Source: Candidatus Bipolaricaulota bacterium (GTDB lineage: Bacteria; Bipolaricaulota; Bipolaricaulia; UBA7950; UBA9294). Taken from it: a stretch of DNA of 59,883 nt. The stretch covers positions 1-59,883 of the forward strand of contig JAHITR010000124.1 of NCBI GenBank assembly GCA_018817505.1, read 5' to 3'. Below the pieces are notes generated by a model. The model had not been told where the DNA came from, did not search any database, and saw only the letters and a program-made list of their open reading frames with translations. Below are positions 27,500 through 38,335 of this stretch, piece after piece (the first letter of the stretch is position 1; each line of letters begins with the position of its first letter). The translations under genes were made by a program, and so were the position numbers.

Positions 27500-28771
27500 A
27501 TGACGACATTCGAGCCGCAAGAAGTCGGCGAGCTGGGCGCGGAAATTCTGCGTGCGGGTCCGATATGCGACGAATGCTTGGGCCGTATTGCCTCGAAGCT
27601 TGGGAAAGGGCTGACCAACGCGGGACGCGGCGAGCAGCTTCGCCAGCACTTGGCTGCCAACGGACTGGAAGGCGTGGAGGGCACGTGCTGGGTTTGTGGA
27701 GACTTATTCGATCAGATCGAAGGTTGGGTAGCGCAAGCGGTAAACAAGGTTCAAGGTCTGGAATTCGCTACGTATCTGTTTGGCGTCAAACTGACCCCGC
27801 GGCTTGAGCAAATGGAAGCATTTTACGAGGAACGCTTTCCATCCGAATATCGTGAGCCCCTAAAACACTCGTTCAACCGAATGTCGGGAATCGCATTTGA
27901 GCGACTTCTGGGGCATCCGGTGACCGTTCGATTTGAGGGGCCGCAAGTGTCCTTTGTTGTTGATCTCAACTCGAATGAATTGACGATGCATGTCCTGTCG
28001 TTGTACGTCTATGGCCGTTACTGCAAGCTTGAGCGCGGCATCCCTCAAACCAAATGGCCCTGTCGGAAGTGCCGGGGGAGCGGATGCGAAGGATGTGATT
28101 TCTCAGGCAAGCAGTACCCCACTTCAGTGGAAGAAATTATTGCCAGCTCGCTGATTGACCTGGCCGAAGCATCGTCCGCATGTTTGCACGGCGCGGGCCG
28201 AGAAGACATCGACGCGCGGATGTTGGGAACAGGACGCCCCTTTGTTCTTGAGCTGCTATCTCCCAGGCGAAGGTCCGTGGACGTATCGGATGCGCATCTG
28301 CGGGTGAATGAACTGGCTTTGGGCAAGGTGACGGTGTCACCACTGAAACCCGCCAATCGTCGGGCCGTGGCCTGGGTCAAGGAGCTTCGAGCTACGAAGA
28401 AGTATCGCGCGATCGTCGAGTTTGCCGAACCTGTTGAGGCTGATCAGTTACAGAATGCGTTCACTTCGCTTACTGGACGAATCGAACAGCGAACGCCGCA
28501 GCGTGTTTCGCATCGTCGAGCCGATCTTGTTCGGAAGCGGCGTGTGCATGAGATCTCTGGACAACTGATTGATGAAGCTCACGCAGATATTGTCGTTCAC
28601 GGAGATGGCGGACTCTATATCAAAGAACTCATTTCGAGCGATCACGGGCGGACAAATCCTAGTCTATCTGGACGTTTAGGAATCCAGGCACGGGTTATCG
28701 ATCTGGACGTGCTGGAAGTCTGCTCCGGGGATCTTCCCAGATCCATGGAATTGAGCGATGGGGTCTCGTAG
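27500..28771 (+). CDS. pus10: tRNA pseudouridine synthase Pus10 (archaeal/eukaryal type, psi54/55)
   Basis: It has an N-terminal Zn-ribbon (CDECLGR...CWVCGDLF) and the region GRYCKLERGIPQTKWPCRKCRGSGCEGCDFSGKQY. The catalytic motif is GAGREDIDARMLGTGRPFVLEL. RTPQRVSHRR and GLYIKELISSDHGRTNPS are also present. Confidence 0.88.
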   Translation: MTTFEPQEVGELGAEILRAGPICDECLGRIASKLGKGLTNAGRGEQLRQHLAANGLEGVEGTCWVCGDLFDQIEGWVAQAVNKVQGLEFATYLFGVKLTPRLEQMEAFYEERFPSEYREPLKHSFNRMSGIAFERLLGHPVTVRFEGPQVSFVVDLNSNELTMHVLSLYVYGRYCKLERGIPQTKWPCRKCRGSGCEGCDFSGKQYPTSVEEIIASSLIDLAEASSACLHGAGREDIDARMLGTGRPFVLELLSPRRRSVDVSDAHLRVNELALGKVTVSPLKPANRRAVAWVKELRATKKYRAIVEFAEPVEADQLQNAFTSLTGRIEQRTPQRVSHRRADLVRKRRVHEISGQLIDEAHADIVVHGDGGLYIKELISSDHGRTNPSLSGRLGIQARVIDLDVLEVCSGDLPRSMELSDGVS

Positions 28772-28789
28772 AATGGCTTCGGTGGATGA

Positions 28790-29655
28790 ATGACGACAAC
28801 TTCTGAGAAGACGAACAACACGAGTGAGCAGACGACCTCGATCCTGGACATCTATTATCGGGATATTGGTCGCTTCCCGTTGTTGACTCCTGACGAGGAG
28901 CTGTCTCTCGCGCGCGGCATGCGGGCAGGTAGCAAGGCAGATCGAGAGAAGTTGATCGTCAGCAACTTGCGGTTGGTGGCCAAAATCGCCCAGGAATACA
29001 CCGATGTCGGCTTGGCGCTTGTCGATCTGATTCAAGAGGGGAACCTCGGCCTCATCCAAGCTGTGGACCGATACGATCCCGATCGCGGTTTCCGACTCAG
29101 CACCTATGCGGTGTGGTGGATTCGCCGAGCGATCTTGCTCGCGATCAACACATCATCTCGTACCATTCGTATTCCCGACTACCTATTTCGTGCCCTCAGG
29201 CGCATGTCCCAGATACGATCCATCGCTGAGGGAGGCATCATCGACGAGAAGGAAGTCACCGAAGTCGTGGGCCTGTCCATGGAGCGACTTCGCCAAATCG
29301 AGTCACAAGTCAGCGAATTGGTTTCGCTGGATCGCGGCGTAAGCGTTGAATCCGACGAAACGCTGGAGGAGCAGCTTTTCGATGAGACCGGGCTCTCCCC
29401 TGAGCAAGAATCTTTGCGTCTGCTGTTCCGCGATGAGCTTGAGGGCATCTTGAACACGTTGCCCAGCAGGCAGGCCTTTGCCATTCGCCTGCATTACGGA
29501 ATCGAGGATGGGAGTCCGTACAATTTGGCTGAAGTGGGACGAATCATGGACGTATCGCGCGAACGCGCAAGGCAACTCGTCAAGGAAGGGATGGCCAGCC
29601 TTGCCTCTCGATGGGGCGAGCATGCGCTTGATTTCTATCGCGGGTTGCTCAGCAA

Positions 29656-29659
<4 letters not shown>
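28790..29659 (+). CDS. RNA polymerase sigma factor, sigma-70 family (regions 2-4; no long region 1.1)
   Basis: Region 2 is LIVSNLRLVAKIAQEY...DLIQEGNLGLIQAVDRYDPDRGFRLSTYAVWWIRRAI. Region 4 is NLAEVGRIMDVSRERARQL. Confidence 0.88.
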
Positions 29660-32764
<3,105 letters not shown>

Positions 32765-33994
32765 TCACGGCGTGCTGAGTTGGTCGTGATCGAGCTGTGC
32801 CCCATTCTTCGCTTGCAGTAGGTCGTTGGCCAGCGATTCCATCGCGTCAAGGTCCATTCCAGTTCCGCTCAAGAACCAAAATGCGCCATCCTTCTCGAAA
32901 AAGGCTTCGACGGGAGCGTAGCGGGTGTCGATGCCAGGAAATTGTTTCTCCCAGAGCTCGCTACGGTTCAGAAGCCGAATCGGTAGCGCAAGATCAGCCA
33001 TGGGTTGACCGTATTCGGAAAACGTGCTGCGACGTCGCGCCATATTCCGAGAGACGTAGTTGCCGACAGTGAGTGTCAGGGCGGGAGACAGCGATTCGCT
33101 GCTCGAAGTCGCCTCTGTCTGAGGCTCCTCATCTGCGGACGAGTAGTGAATGGTGGCATAGGATCGGTCGTTCTCTGCGTCTTTGCTCAGTATGGCTCGC
33201 CCATCCGCAGGATCAAAACCGTAGCGACGGAGCAGCTCTTCATGTAGCGTAAACGGAAGCTGCTCTGCGAGGTCGGCTGCTGAAATCGGCTTCTCCTCGA
33301 ACAGTCTGCTGCCCGAAGGTGGGGAGAACGAAATGGACTGAGCCTGTGCTTCAAGAATGCGAACATCCTTGTACGAAACTCGAATCGTCGCATTGGGTCC
33401 AAGGACCGATGCTGCTGGAGACCCTGCGGCGGGTGTAAACGAGATGTCGAGTGGAAAGTAGGTTTCCGTATCGAAGTCGATCGTCGCTTTGCGAATCGGA
33501 AAGGCGACTGTGGACAAGAGCTGGGACCGGTAGCCCACTTTCGGCTTGAGCCCGATTCGTCGAACGGGGCGATTGTGGTTCGTCTCCTCCCCAAAGTCGC
33601 GCAACAGAAAATCCTGTGGTAAGGTTTCAAGAAAGGACAACTCTCCCAGTGCAGATAATCCGGGAATCGGCTCGGACAACTGACTGCCCGGCTTCTGGAC
33701 GATCGTGTTCGTGGACAGATCGACGACCCAAGTGCTCTGACCATCACAATCCAATGTCAACCCGCAAAGCTCCTCGCCAATGAGCTCGACGTGTCCTGAC
33801 AACGCCTCTTGAAGCTCAGTCCATGGGTTTCTATAGACGTGGTATTCCACATGAATGAATCGAGATCCCTGGCGCCGAATGAACGCCTCGATACGCAAGC
33901 CTCCGCTTTCAATCGTCTGCGTAGCCTCGAATCCCGCGCGTTCCTTGGACGCCATACTTGCCGAATGAGCAAACGCAGCTACTGATGTGAACAT
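32765..33994 (-). CDS. Hypothetical protein (409 aa), first gene of the putative X-ligA-rlmN transcription unit
   Basis: A long ORF with AAGGAGAG upstream of the ATG. It has coding-like composition and no competing conserved gene. I recognise no diagnostic motif. Confidence 0.6.
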   Translation of the reverse strand: MFTSVAAFAHSASMASKERAGFEATQTIESGGLRIEAFIRRQGSRFIHVEYHVYRNPWTELQEALSGHVELIGEELCGLTLDCDGQSTWVVDLSTNTIVQKPGSQLSEPIPGLSALGELSFLETLPQDFLLRDFGEETNHNRPVRRIGLKPKVGYRSQLLSTVAFPIRKATIDFDTETYFPLDISFTPAAGSPAASVLGPNATIRVSYKDVRILEAQAQSISFSPPSGSRLFEEKPISAADLAEQLPFTLHEELLRRYGFDPADGRAILSKDAENDRSYATIHYSSADEEPQTEATSSSESLSPALTLTVGNYVSRNMARRRSTFSEYGQPMADLALPIRLLNRSELWEKQFPGIDTRYAPVEAFFEKDGAFWFLSGTGMDLDAMESLANDLLQAKNGAQLDHDQLSTP

Positions 33995-34258
33995 GATCTC
34001 TCCTTTGAGAAACGGCTCCCCATTATACGAAAGGAAGACACCAATCTGGACGAGACAGATGGGGTGAGCAAGTCGCAGGAATTGGTCACGTCTGTTGGGT
34101 GTGCGCGTGCGAAGGTGACGAACGTCCTCTCAATTACTGAAAGGCCCTATCGTAGCCGATTATGGCCAGTGTATGGCACATCACAAGAGCGGAGAAACTG
34201 TCCTTGGAATGAGCATTTTGAGCTGTCGAAGGGAATGAATTCGGTGGACAGCCGCCGC

Positions 34259-34288
34259 TTGACTGGCGGGGAAAATATCCTGTATTAA
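34259..34288 (+). promoter_or_regulatory. Candidate promoter TTGACT-N18-TATTAA
   Basis: TTGACT lies at 34259-34264 and TATTAA at 34283-34288. It sits upstream of a small RHH-like ORF. Confidence 0.4.
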
Positions 34289-34527
34289 TGTGCGGGGGTT
34301 CAAAGGTTCAAGGGGGATTGGCCTTGGCTGCGAACAATAGCAAAAGTCCGCTGGATGCTGGTATGCTGGAATGCTTGGCTGTGATTGCGACAGCCAACAA
34401 TCGTTCTGTTGAGGAAGAACTGAACCTAGCAGTGAAGAGCTACGTCCTCAACCAATTCGCCGAACACGGAGGAGAATACCTCGCGGAACGTGCTTTTGCC
34501 GAGGGATCGGCGGCAATCTCGATCTAG
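34288..34527 (+). CDS. Small hypothetical protein, possible ribbon-helix-helix (CopG/Arc-like) fold
   Basis: The pattern SPLDAGMLECLAVIATANNRSVEEELNLAVKSYVL resembles an RHH strand-helix-helix. The ATG of the maximal ORF sits inside the putative -10, so a TTG at 34324 (GGGGGA 6 nt upstream) is the more likely start. An intrinsic terminator follows. Confidence 0.4.
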   Translation: MCGGSKVQGGLALAANNSKSPLDAGMLECLAVIATANNRSVEEELNLAVKSYVLNQFAEHGGEYLAERAFAEGSAAISI

Positions 34528-34563
34528 TACGCGAGAAACACGGTCTGATGTGAAACGCCCGAT

Positions 34564-34595
34564 GGCCCCAGATGTCTTTGGGGTCTCTTTCTTTG
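34564..34595 (+). terminator. Probable intrinsic terminator
   Basis: The stem GGCCCCAGA-TGTC-TTTGGGGTC includes G:U pairs. It is followed by TCTTTCTTT. Confidence 0.5.
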
Positions 34596-34636
34596 AGTGA
34601 TACACTCACGAATGACTGATGAGGGAGGATCACACC

Positions 34637-35131
34637 GTGAAGAACACAGGAATTCTAGTTGCAGTAGCCCTTGCTGGACTGTTGATTGTGACGCTCCTGC
34701 TTTCGGGAGGGGACCAAGTAATCGAATTGGCTCCCGATTTTACGCTTATGAATTTGGATGGGGAGTTCGTCACGCTGTCTGACTATCTGGGCCAAGTTGT
34801 GGTGATCGATTTTTGGGCCACGTGGTGCAGCCCTTGCCTGAAATCCTTCCCCAATCTCCATTCAGTCGTCGATCGCAACAAGGATCGGGGTGTCGTGCTT
34901 CTTGTGGTGAGTCTGGACAAGACGGCCAATCGAGCTCGCGACTACCTCATTAAGAACGAGTACCCGACATCCAATGTCTTGTGGGAATCCTTGGAGGCTG
35001 CACGGGGAATCAAGGAATTATTCGGTGTTGTTGGTATTCCCAGAACCTTCATCATTGACCGCGAGGGCTTCATCCGCTATGCCGGGCATCCCGGTAATCT
35101 TGCGGACAAGGATCTTGAGGAATGGCTATAG
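34637..35131 (+). CDS. TlpA/ResA-like thiol:disulfide oxidoreductase (thioredoxin fold, membrane-anchored)
   Basis: It has a signal-anchor (GILVAVALAGLLIVTLLL) and the active site FWATWCSPC. The GTG at 34637 is preceded by GGGAGG. The maximal ORF starts at the ATG at 34619. Confidence 0.85.
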   Translation: MKNTGILVAVALAGLLIVTLLLSGGDQVIELAPDFTLMNLDGEFVTLSDYLGQVVVIDFWATWCSPCLKSFPNLHSVVDRNKDRGVVLLVVSLDKTANRARDYLIKNEYPTSNVLWESLEAARGIKELFGVVGIPRTFIIDREGFIRYAGHPGNLADKDLEEWL

Positions 35132-35406
35132 CTCAAGTATTTAGAGGATTTTCCACGACCTAGATCGCATTGGGTACGATGGCGTGTCTGTTCCATCGCG
35201 ACGTTTCTCCTCACATGACTTTGCAGTGCCTCCATTCAGCATCTCTCCTCAAGCTGGCATGTGTTGAACCGATTGACCTGTGCTTGACACATACGGGATG
35301 AAGGAGGTGACAGGGCTTCCCAAACAAGTTGTCGCAGCAGTGAACGGGTAGGATGATAGGGCTGTCGCATCGATTCTGGTGCGTCGAATAGAACAAGGAG
35401 CAAAAC

Positions 35407-35913
35407 GTGTCCCAAATCGGAGACTTGCTGGCCAAGGTTGCCAACCAAGACAGCATGGCATTTCAGCAGCTGTACGACTTGTTTGCCAACCGTGTCTTCC
35501 GATACGCGTTCACGATCCTTCACGACAAACACCTTGCTGAGGAGATTGCCCAAGAAACGATGATTGCAGTATGGAAAGGAGCAAGTCGCTTTGCCGGTCG
35601 CTCAAAACCGTCAACGTGGATCTTTGGAATCGCGCGCAATCAGTCACTGACCCTTCTGCGCAAAGAAAAACGAGCAGAGACGACGGGATCGCCTGAGCTC
35701 GTCCAAGCAGATCCATCGAAACATCTCATTCAGCACGAGCACGTGATGAACGCGCTGAACGAGTTGTCTGCCGATCACCGAGAAGTTGTCTTCCTTACGT
35801 ATTACGAAGGGCTCTCATATGGTGAGATTGCGGAGATTCTTGGGATTCCATCTGGAACCGTGAAGTCACGTATGTTCCACGCCAAACGAAAGCTGGCGGA
35901 GGTGCTCGCATGA
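35407..35913 (+). CDS. ECF (group 4) RNA polymerase sigma factor
   Basis: Region 2 is FQQLYDLFANRVFRYAFTIL...AEEIAQETMIAVWK. Region 4 is VVFLTYYEGLSYGEIAEILGIPSGTVKSRMFHAKRKL. The GTG start is preceded by AAGGAG. Confidence 0.9.
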   Translation: MSQIGDLLAKVANQDSMAFQQLYDLFANRVFRYAFTILHDKHLAEEIAQETMIAVWKGASRFAGRSKPSTWIFGIARNQSLTLLRKEKRAETTGSPELVQADPSKHLIQHEHVMNALNELSADHREVVFLTYYEGLSYGEIAEILGIPSGTVKSRMFHAKRKLAEVLA

Positions 35914-36293
35914 AGACCTGCACATCCATTCGTGAACTGATTCCTTGGTATGCCAATGGGACGCTGTCAGATGATGAAGCGCAGAATGTCGCGGCGCACA
36001 TCGCTCAGTGTGAAAGCTGCCGTGATGAACTTATCGAGAACATGCAACTGAGCATGGGAGTTCGGCGCGCATTTGAAGATCTTGCAGACATGCGGATGGA
36101 TATCAAGAAGGATGTTCTCAGTCGGACAACGGGCAAGAGCCTGGCAAGTTTTGACTTGGGGTCGTTCTTGCTAGGGTTTTCGTTCGGAGCGAGCTACCAA
36201 AATGGGCGCATTCCGATTCGAGGAGACTTGCGAGTGATGGGGCGAAAGATACGCCTCATCTCAAATCATAGGGAGGTAGACAATGAGCAATAA
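35910..36293 (+). CDS. Anti-sigma factor (zf-HC2 type)
   Basis: The start overlaps the sigma gene stop (ATGA). The zf-HC2 motif is C-X..-HIAQCESCRDEL. Confidence 0.75.
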   Translation: MKTCTSIRELIPWYANGTLSDDEAQNVAAHIAQCESCRDELIENMQLSMGVRRAFEDLADMRMDIKKDVLSRTTGKSLASFDLGSFLLGFSFGASYQNGRIPIRGDLRVMGRKIRLISNHREVDNEQ

Positions 36294-36585
36294 TGACTTG
36301 ATCAAAGGGATCGACGATTTGAAGGAAGTTCTTGGCGTTGTCACAGACAAAGTCCCCGGTTTGTTGAGGGGGTTGCGGAATGTGCTGTATTCCAAAGACG
36401 CAGCCGAGAATATGGCAGAAGCCGTGGCCACGTTCTACACAAAGCTCGTGGAGGCAGGTATTCCCAAGGAACAAGCCATGGAAATGACGCGGGGCTACAT
36501 GATTAATTTGCGGGATATTTTCGGCGGCAAGGGCGGTTTCAACGTGAACATCAATCGTGACGAAGATGAAGAGGATGATGACTGA
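36283..36585 (+). CDS. Hypothetical small protein with acidic C-terminal tail (100 aa)
   Basis: It overlaps the anti-sigma gene by 11 nt and ends in DEDEEDDD. It has no recognisable motif. The call rests on operon context. Confidence 0.5.
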   Translation: MSNNDLIKGIDDLKEVLGVVTDKVPGLLRGLRNVLYSKDAAENMAEAVATFYTKLVEAGIPKEQAMEMTRGYMINLRDIFGGKGGFNVNINRDEDEEDDD

Positions 36586-36587
36586 GC

Positions 36588-36848
36588 ATGGTGCGATCCA
36601 TCATTGATGATGTGCGCCGATTGTGGGCTGGAATTGTCATTGCGATCGTCGTACCCATTCTCCTGTTTCGAATCCTGGGTGTTGTCTTCGGTTTCGTTTG
36701 GACACGCTGGCGCACGCGGGGGACGTTCCGGCGGTCGCTCATTCGAGCAGGGCTCTCGGCCGATGAGGCGGACTCACTAGCGGATCGCTACAACGTGCGA
36801 ATCCCACTGTGTGAGATGCTGCGCCAGCGACATCGGGTTGGACATTGA
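36588..36848 (+). CDS. Hypothetical small membrane protein (86 aa)
   Basis: It starts 2 nt after the previous stop. It has one clear TM helix (WAGIVIAIVVPILLFRILGVVFGFVW) followed by a basic stretch. Confidence 0.5.
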   Translation: MVRSIIDDVRRLWAGIVIAIVVPILLFRILGVVFGFVWTRWRTRGTFRRSLIRAGLSADEADSLADRYNVRIPLCEMLRQRHRVGH

Positions 36849-36895
36849 GGCCAAAGGGTTGTGTCGCCAGAGGGTTCAGCATAACATAATGATCT

Positions 36896-36972
36896 CGGGA
36901 CGTGGCGCAGCCTGGTAGCGTGCTTGCATGGGGCGCAAGAGGTCCCCGGTTCAAATCCGGGCGTCCCGACCA
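36896..36972 (+). tRNA. tRNA-Pro (anticodon GGG), CCA encoded
   Basis: Hand-folded. Acceptor CGGGACG/CGTCCCG, anticodon arm CTTGC-ATGGGGC-GCAAG (G37), T-arm CCCGG-TTCAAAT-CCGGG, then A-CCA. Confidence 0.92.
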
Positions 36973-36981
36973 CTTCTTTCT

Positions 36982-38181
36982 CTAATCTTCTCGTTGAACG
37001 ACAAACGTGTCCATGGAACGCCCGCTTGCGGAGAGCGTCAGAACGTCATTATCGACAGAGGCAACGGGAATCGCTCGTATTTGCAGGACATTGTCGGCAA
37101 TCGTCCCCACCACATAATGGAGCAGCCCGTAGCGTCGAAACACCGTGCCTGAGACCGACGACGTCGGCGAGGCGATGAGTGGCGCACCTCCACCTCCGCA
37201 CGTCACATAATGGATGCTGCTGCGGTAGATGTGCTCATAACAGTGAATGGCGCTGCTGAAAACAATGTCGACGCCGTATTGTTGAAATACTGGCTCCCAC
37301 AGCGATAGCAGTCGTTCATTCTTCCCCGAGTCGTAGGCCGCACTGTAGAGAGGATCTGCCGAAAAAACGACGATGATCTGATCCTGTGCATGGCTAAGAT
37401 CCTGCTTGAGCCACGCGGTTTGCTCCTGCATGGCTGCCTCCTCCATGAGACTGGAGAGCGTCGAATCCAAACCTACAAAGTGAACTGGCCCGTAGTCGAA
37501 GGACCACCATTGTTCGTCGAACATGCCTCCGCCCCTGGGAAGCGCAAAGTTCTCGAAGTAGAGGCCGCCGTCTCGGTCATTCTCACCGATGACGGTTAGG
37601 TACGGACTTGTTCGTCCCAAATTGGAGATGGCCCAAAAGAAATTCTCGAAATGCTCTTCTGTGGGCAGCTCAACAAGCCCGCCGGAATGGATGACGAGAG
37701 ACACGTCGGTTTGCTGCGCGATGGTGTCAGCGACTAGCTTGTGCCGGTCGGGATGAGACGCTGTTGCTCCATACGTTGCAAACGAGAACGAGCGTGAGTT
37801 TGGATCGATGGTTTGGAATGTCCCGACTTCTGTCGGGTAGATGGCATCTCCCTCATAAAACACAAGTTGGAATCGATAGCTCGCACCCGGGAGAAGGTCG
37901 TGCAGCCAAATCTCGGCAATGCCCAGGTGTCCCTCGTAGGTCAACGTCTCTTCCCATTGCCCAGATGAGTCATACACCCGAGCCAATGCATAGCTAAAAT
38001 CGAACCCAACGGAGCGACTGGTCTTCCATGTGAGCGCCACCGAGTCTTCACTGACTGCTCCCAGAATTGGCCCCCACGACCATGGAGGCGTGGATTGTGC
38101 AGCTGTGGCGAATCCAAGCGAGCCCACAATGAGCCAAGACAGAATAACAGACACCCACTGACGAACAGCGTACCTACTCAT
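36982..38181 (-). CDS. Secreted metallophosphoesterase with purple-acid-phosphatase-like N-terminal Fn3 domain
   Basis: A signal peptide is present (VSVILSWLIVGSLGFATAAQS). The PAP-N-like domain is GPILGAVSEDSVALTWKT. The calcineurin-like core includes FATYGA...HSGG...GENDR...FSSAIHCYEH. Confidence 0.75.
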   Translation of the reverse strand: MSRYAVRQWVSVILSWLIVGSLGFATAAQSTPPWSWGPILGAVSEDSVALTWKTSRSVGFDFSYALARVYDSSGQWEETLTYEGHLGIAEIWLHDLLPGASYRFQLVFYEGDAIYPTEVGTFQTIDPNSRSFSFATYGATASHPDRHKLVADTIAQQTDVSLVIHSGGLVELPTEEHFENFFWAISNLGRTSPYLTVIGENDRDGGLYFENFALPRGGGMFDEQWWSFDYGPVHFVGLDSTLSSLMEEAAMQEQTAWLKQDLSHAQDQIIVVFSADPLYSAAYDSGKNERLLSLWEPVFQQYGVDIVFSSAIHCYEHIYRSSIHYVTCGGGGAPLIASPTSSVSGTVFRRYGLLHYVVGTIADNVLQIRAIPVASVDNDVLTLSASGRSMDTFVVQRED

Positions 38182-38335
38182 ACCTCACCTCCTGCATCCC
38201 CGGGGAATCTCCTGAGATTGGCGTGATTCCGTTTCCCATTCTTGCACGGATTGAACAATGGGTCAACGTCACGCGGCCAGCGGGCTATGAAAGCGGCGAC
38301 AGGGAACCTGCCGCCGCTTCGTAGCTATGTGTCGT

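Noticed and set aside
27500-28771. I considered whether Pus10 (and the DRG-like GTPase) mean the contig is archaeal or chimeric.
   Set aside because: The flanking genes on both sides are strictly bacterial (Lhr with a bacterial-type SD, sigma-70, RlmN, NAD-dependent LigA). Gene spacing and RBS use are uniform across the junctions. I see no compositional break.
35340-35390. I looked for a possible autoregulated ECF promoter (TGAACG-N16-TCGCAT, or a CGTC -10-like element) upstream of the ECF sigma gene.
   Set aside because: The matches to the generic GAAC...CGTC ECF pattern are weak and the spacing is ambiguous. I cannot support a call without the group-specific consensus.
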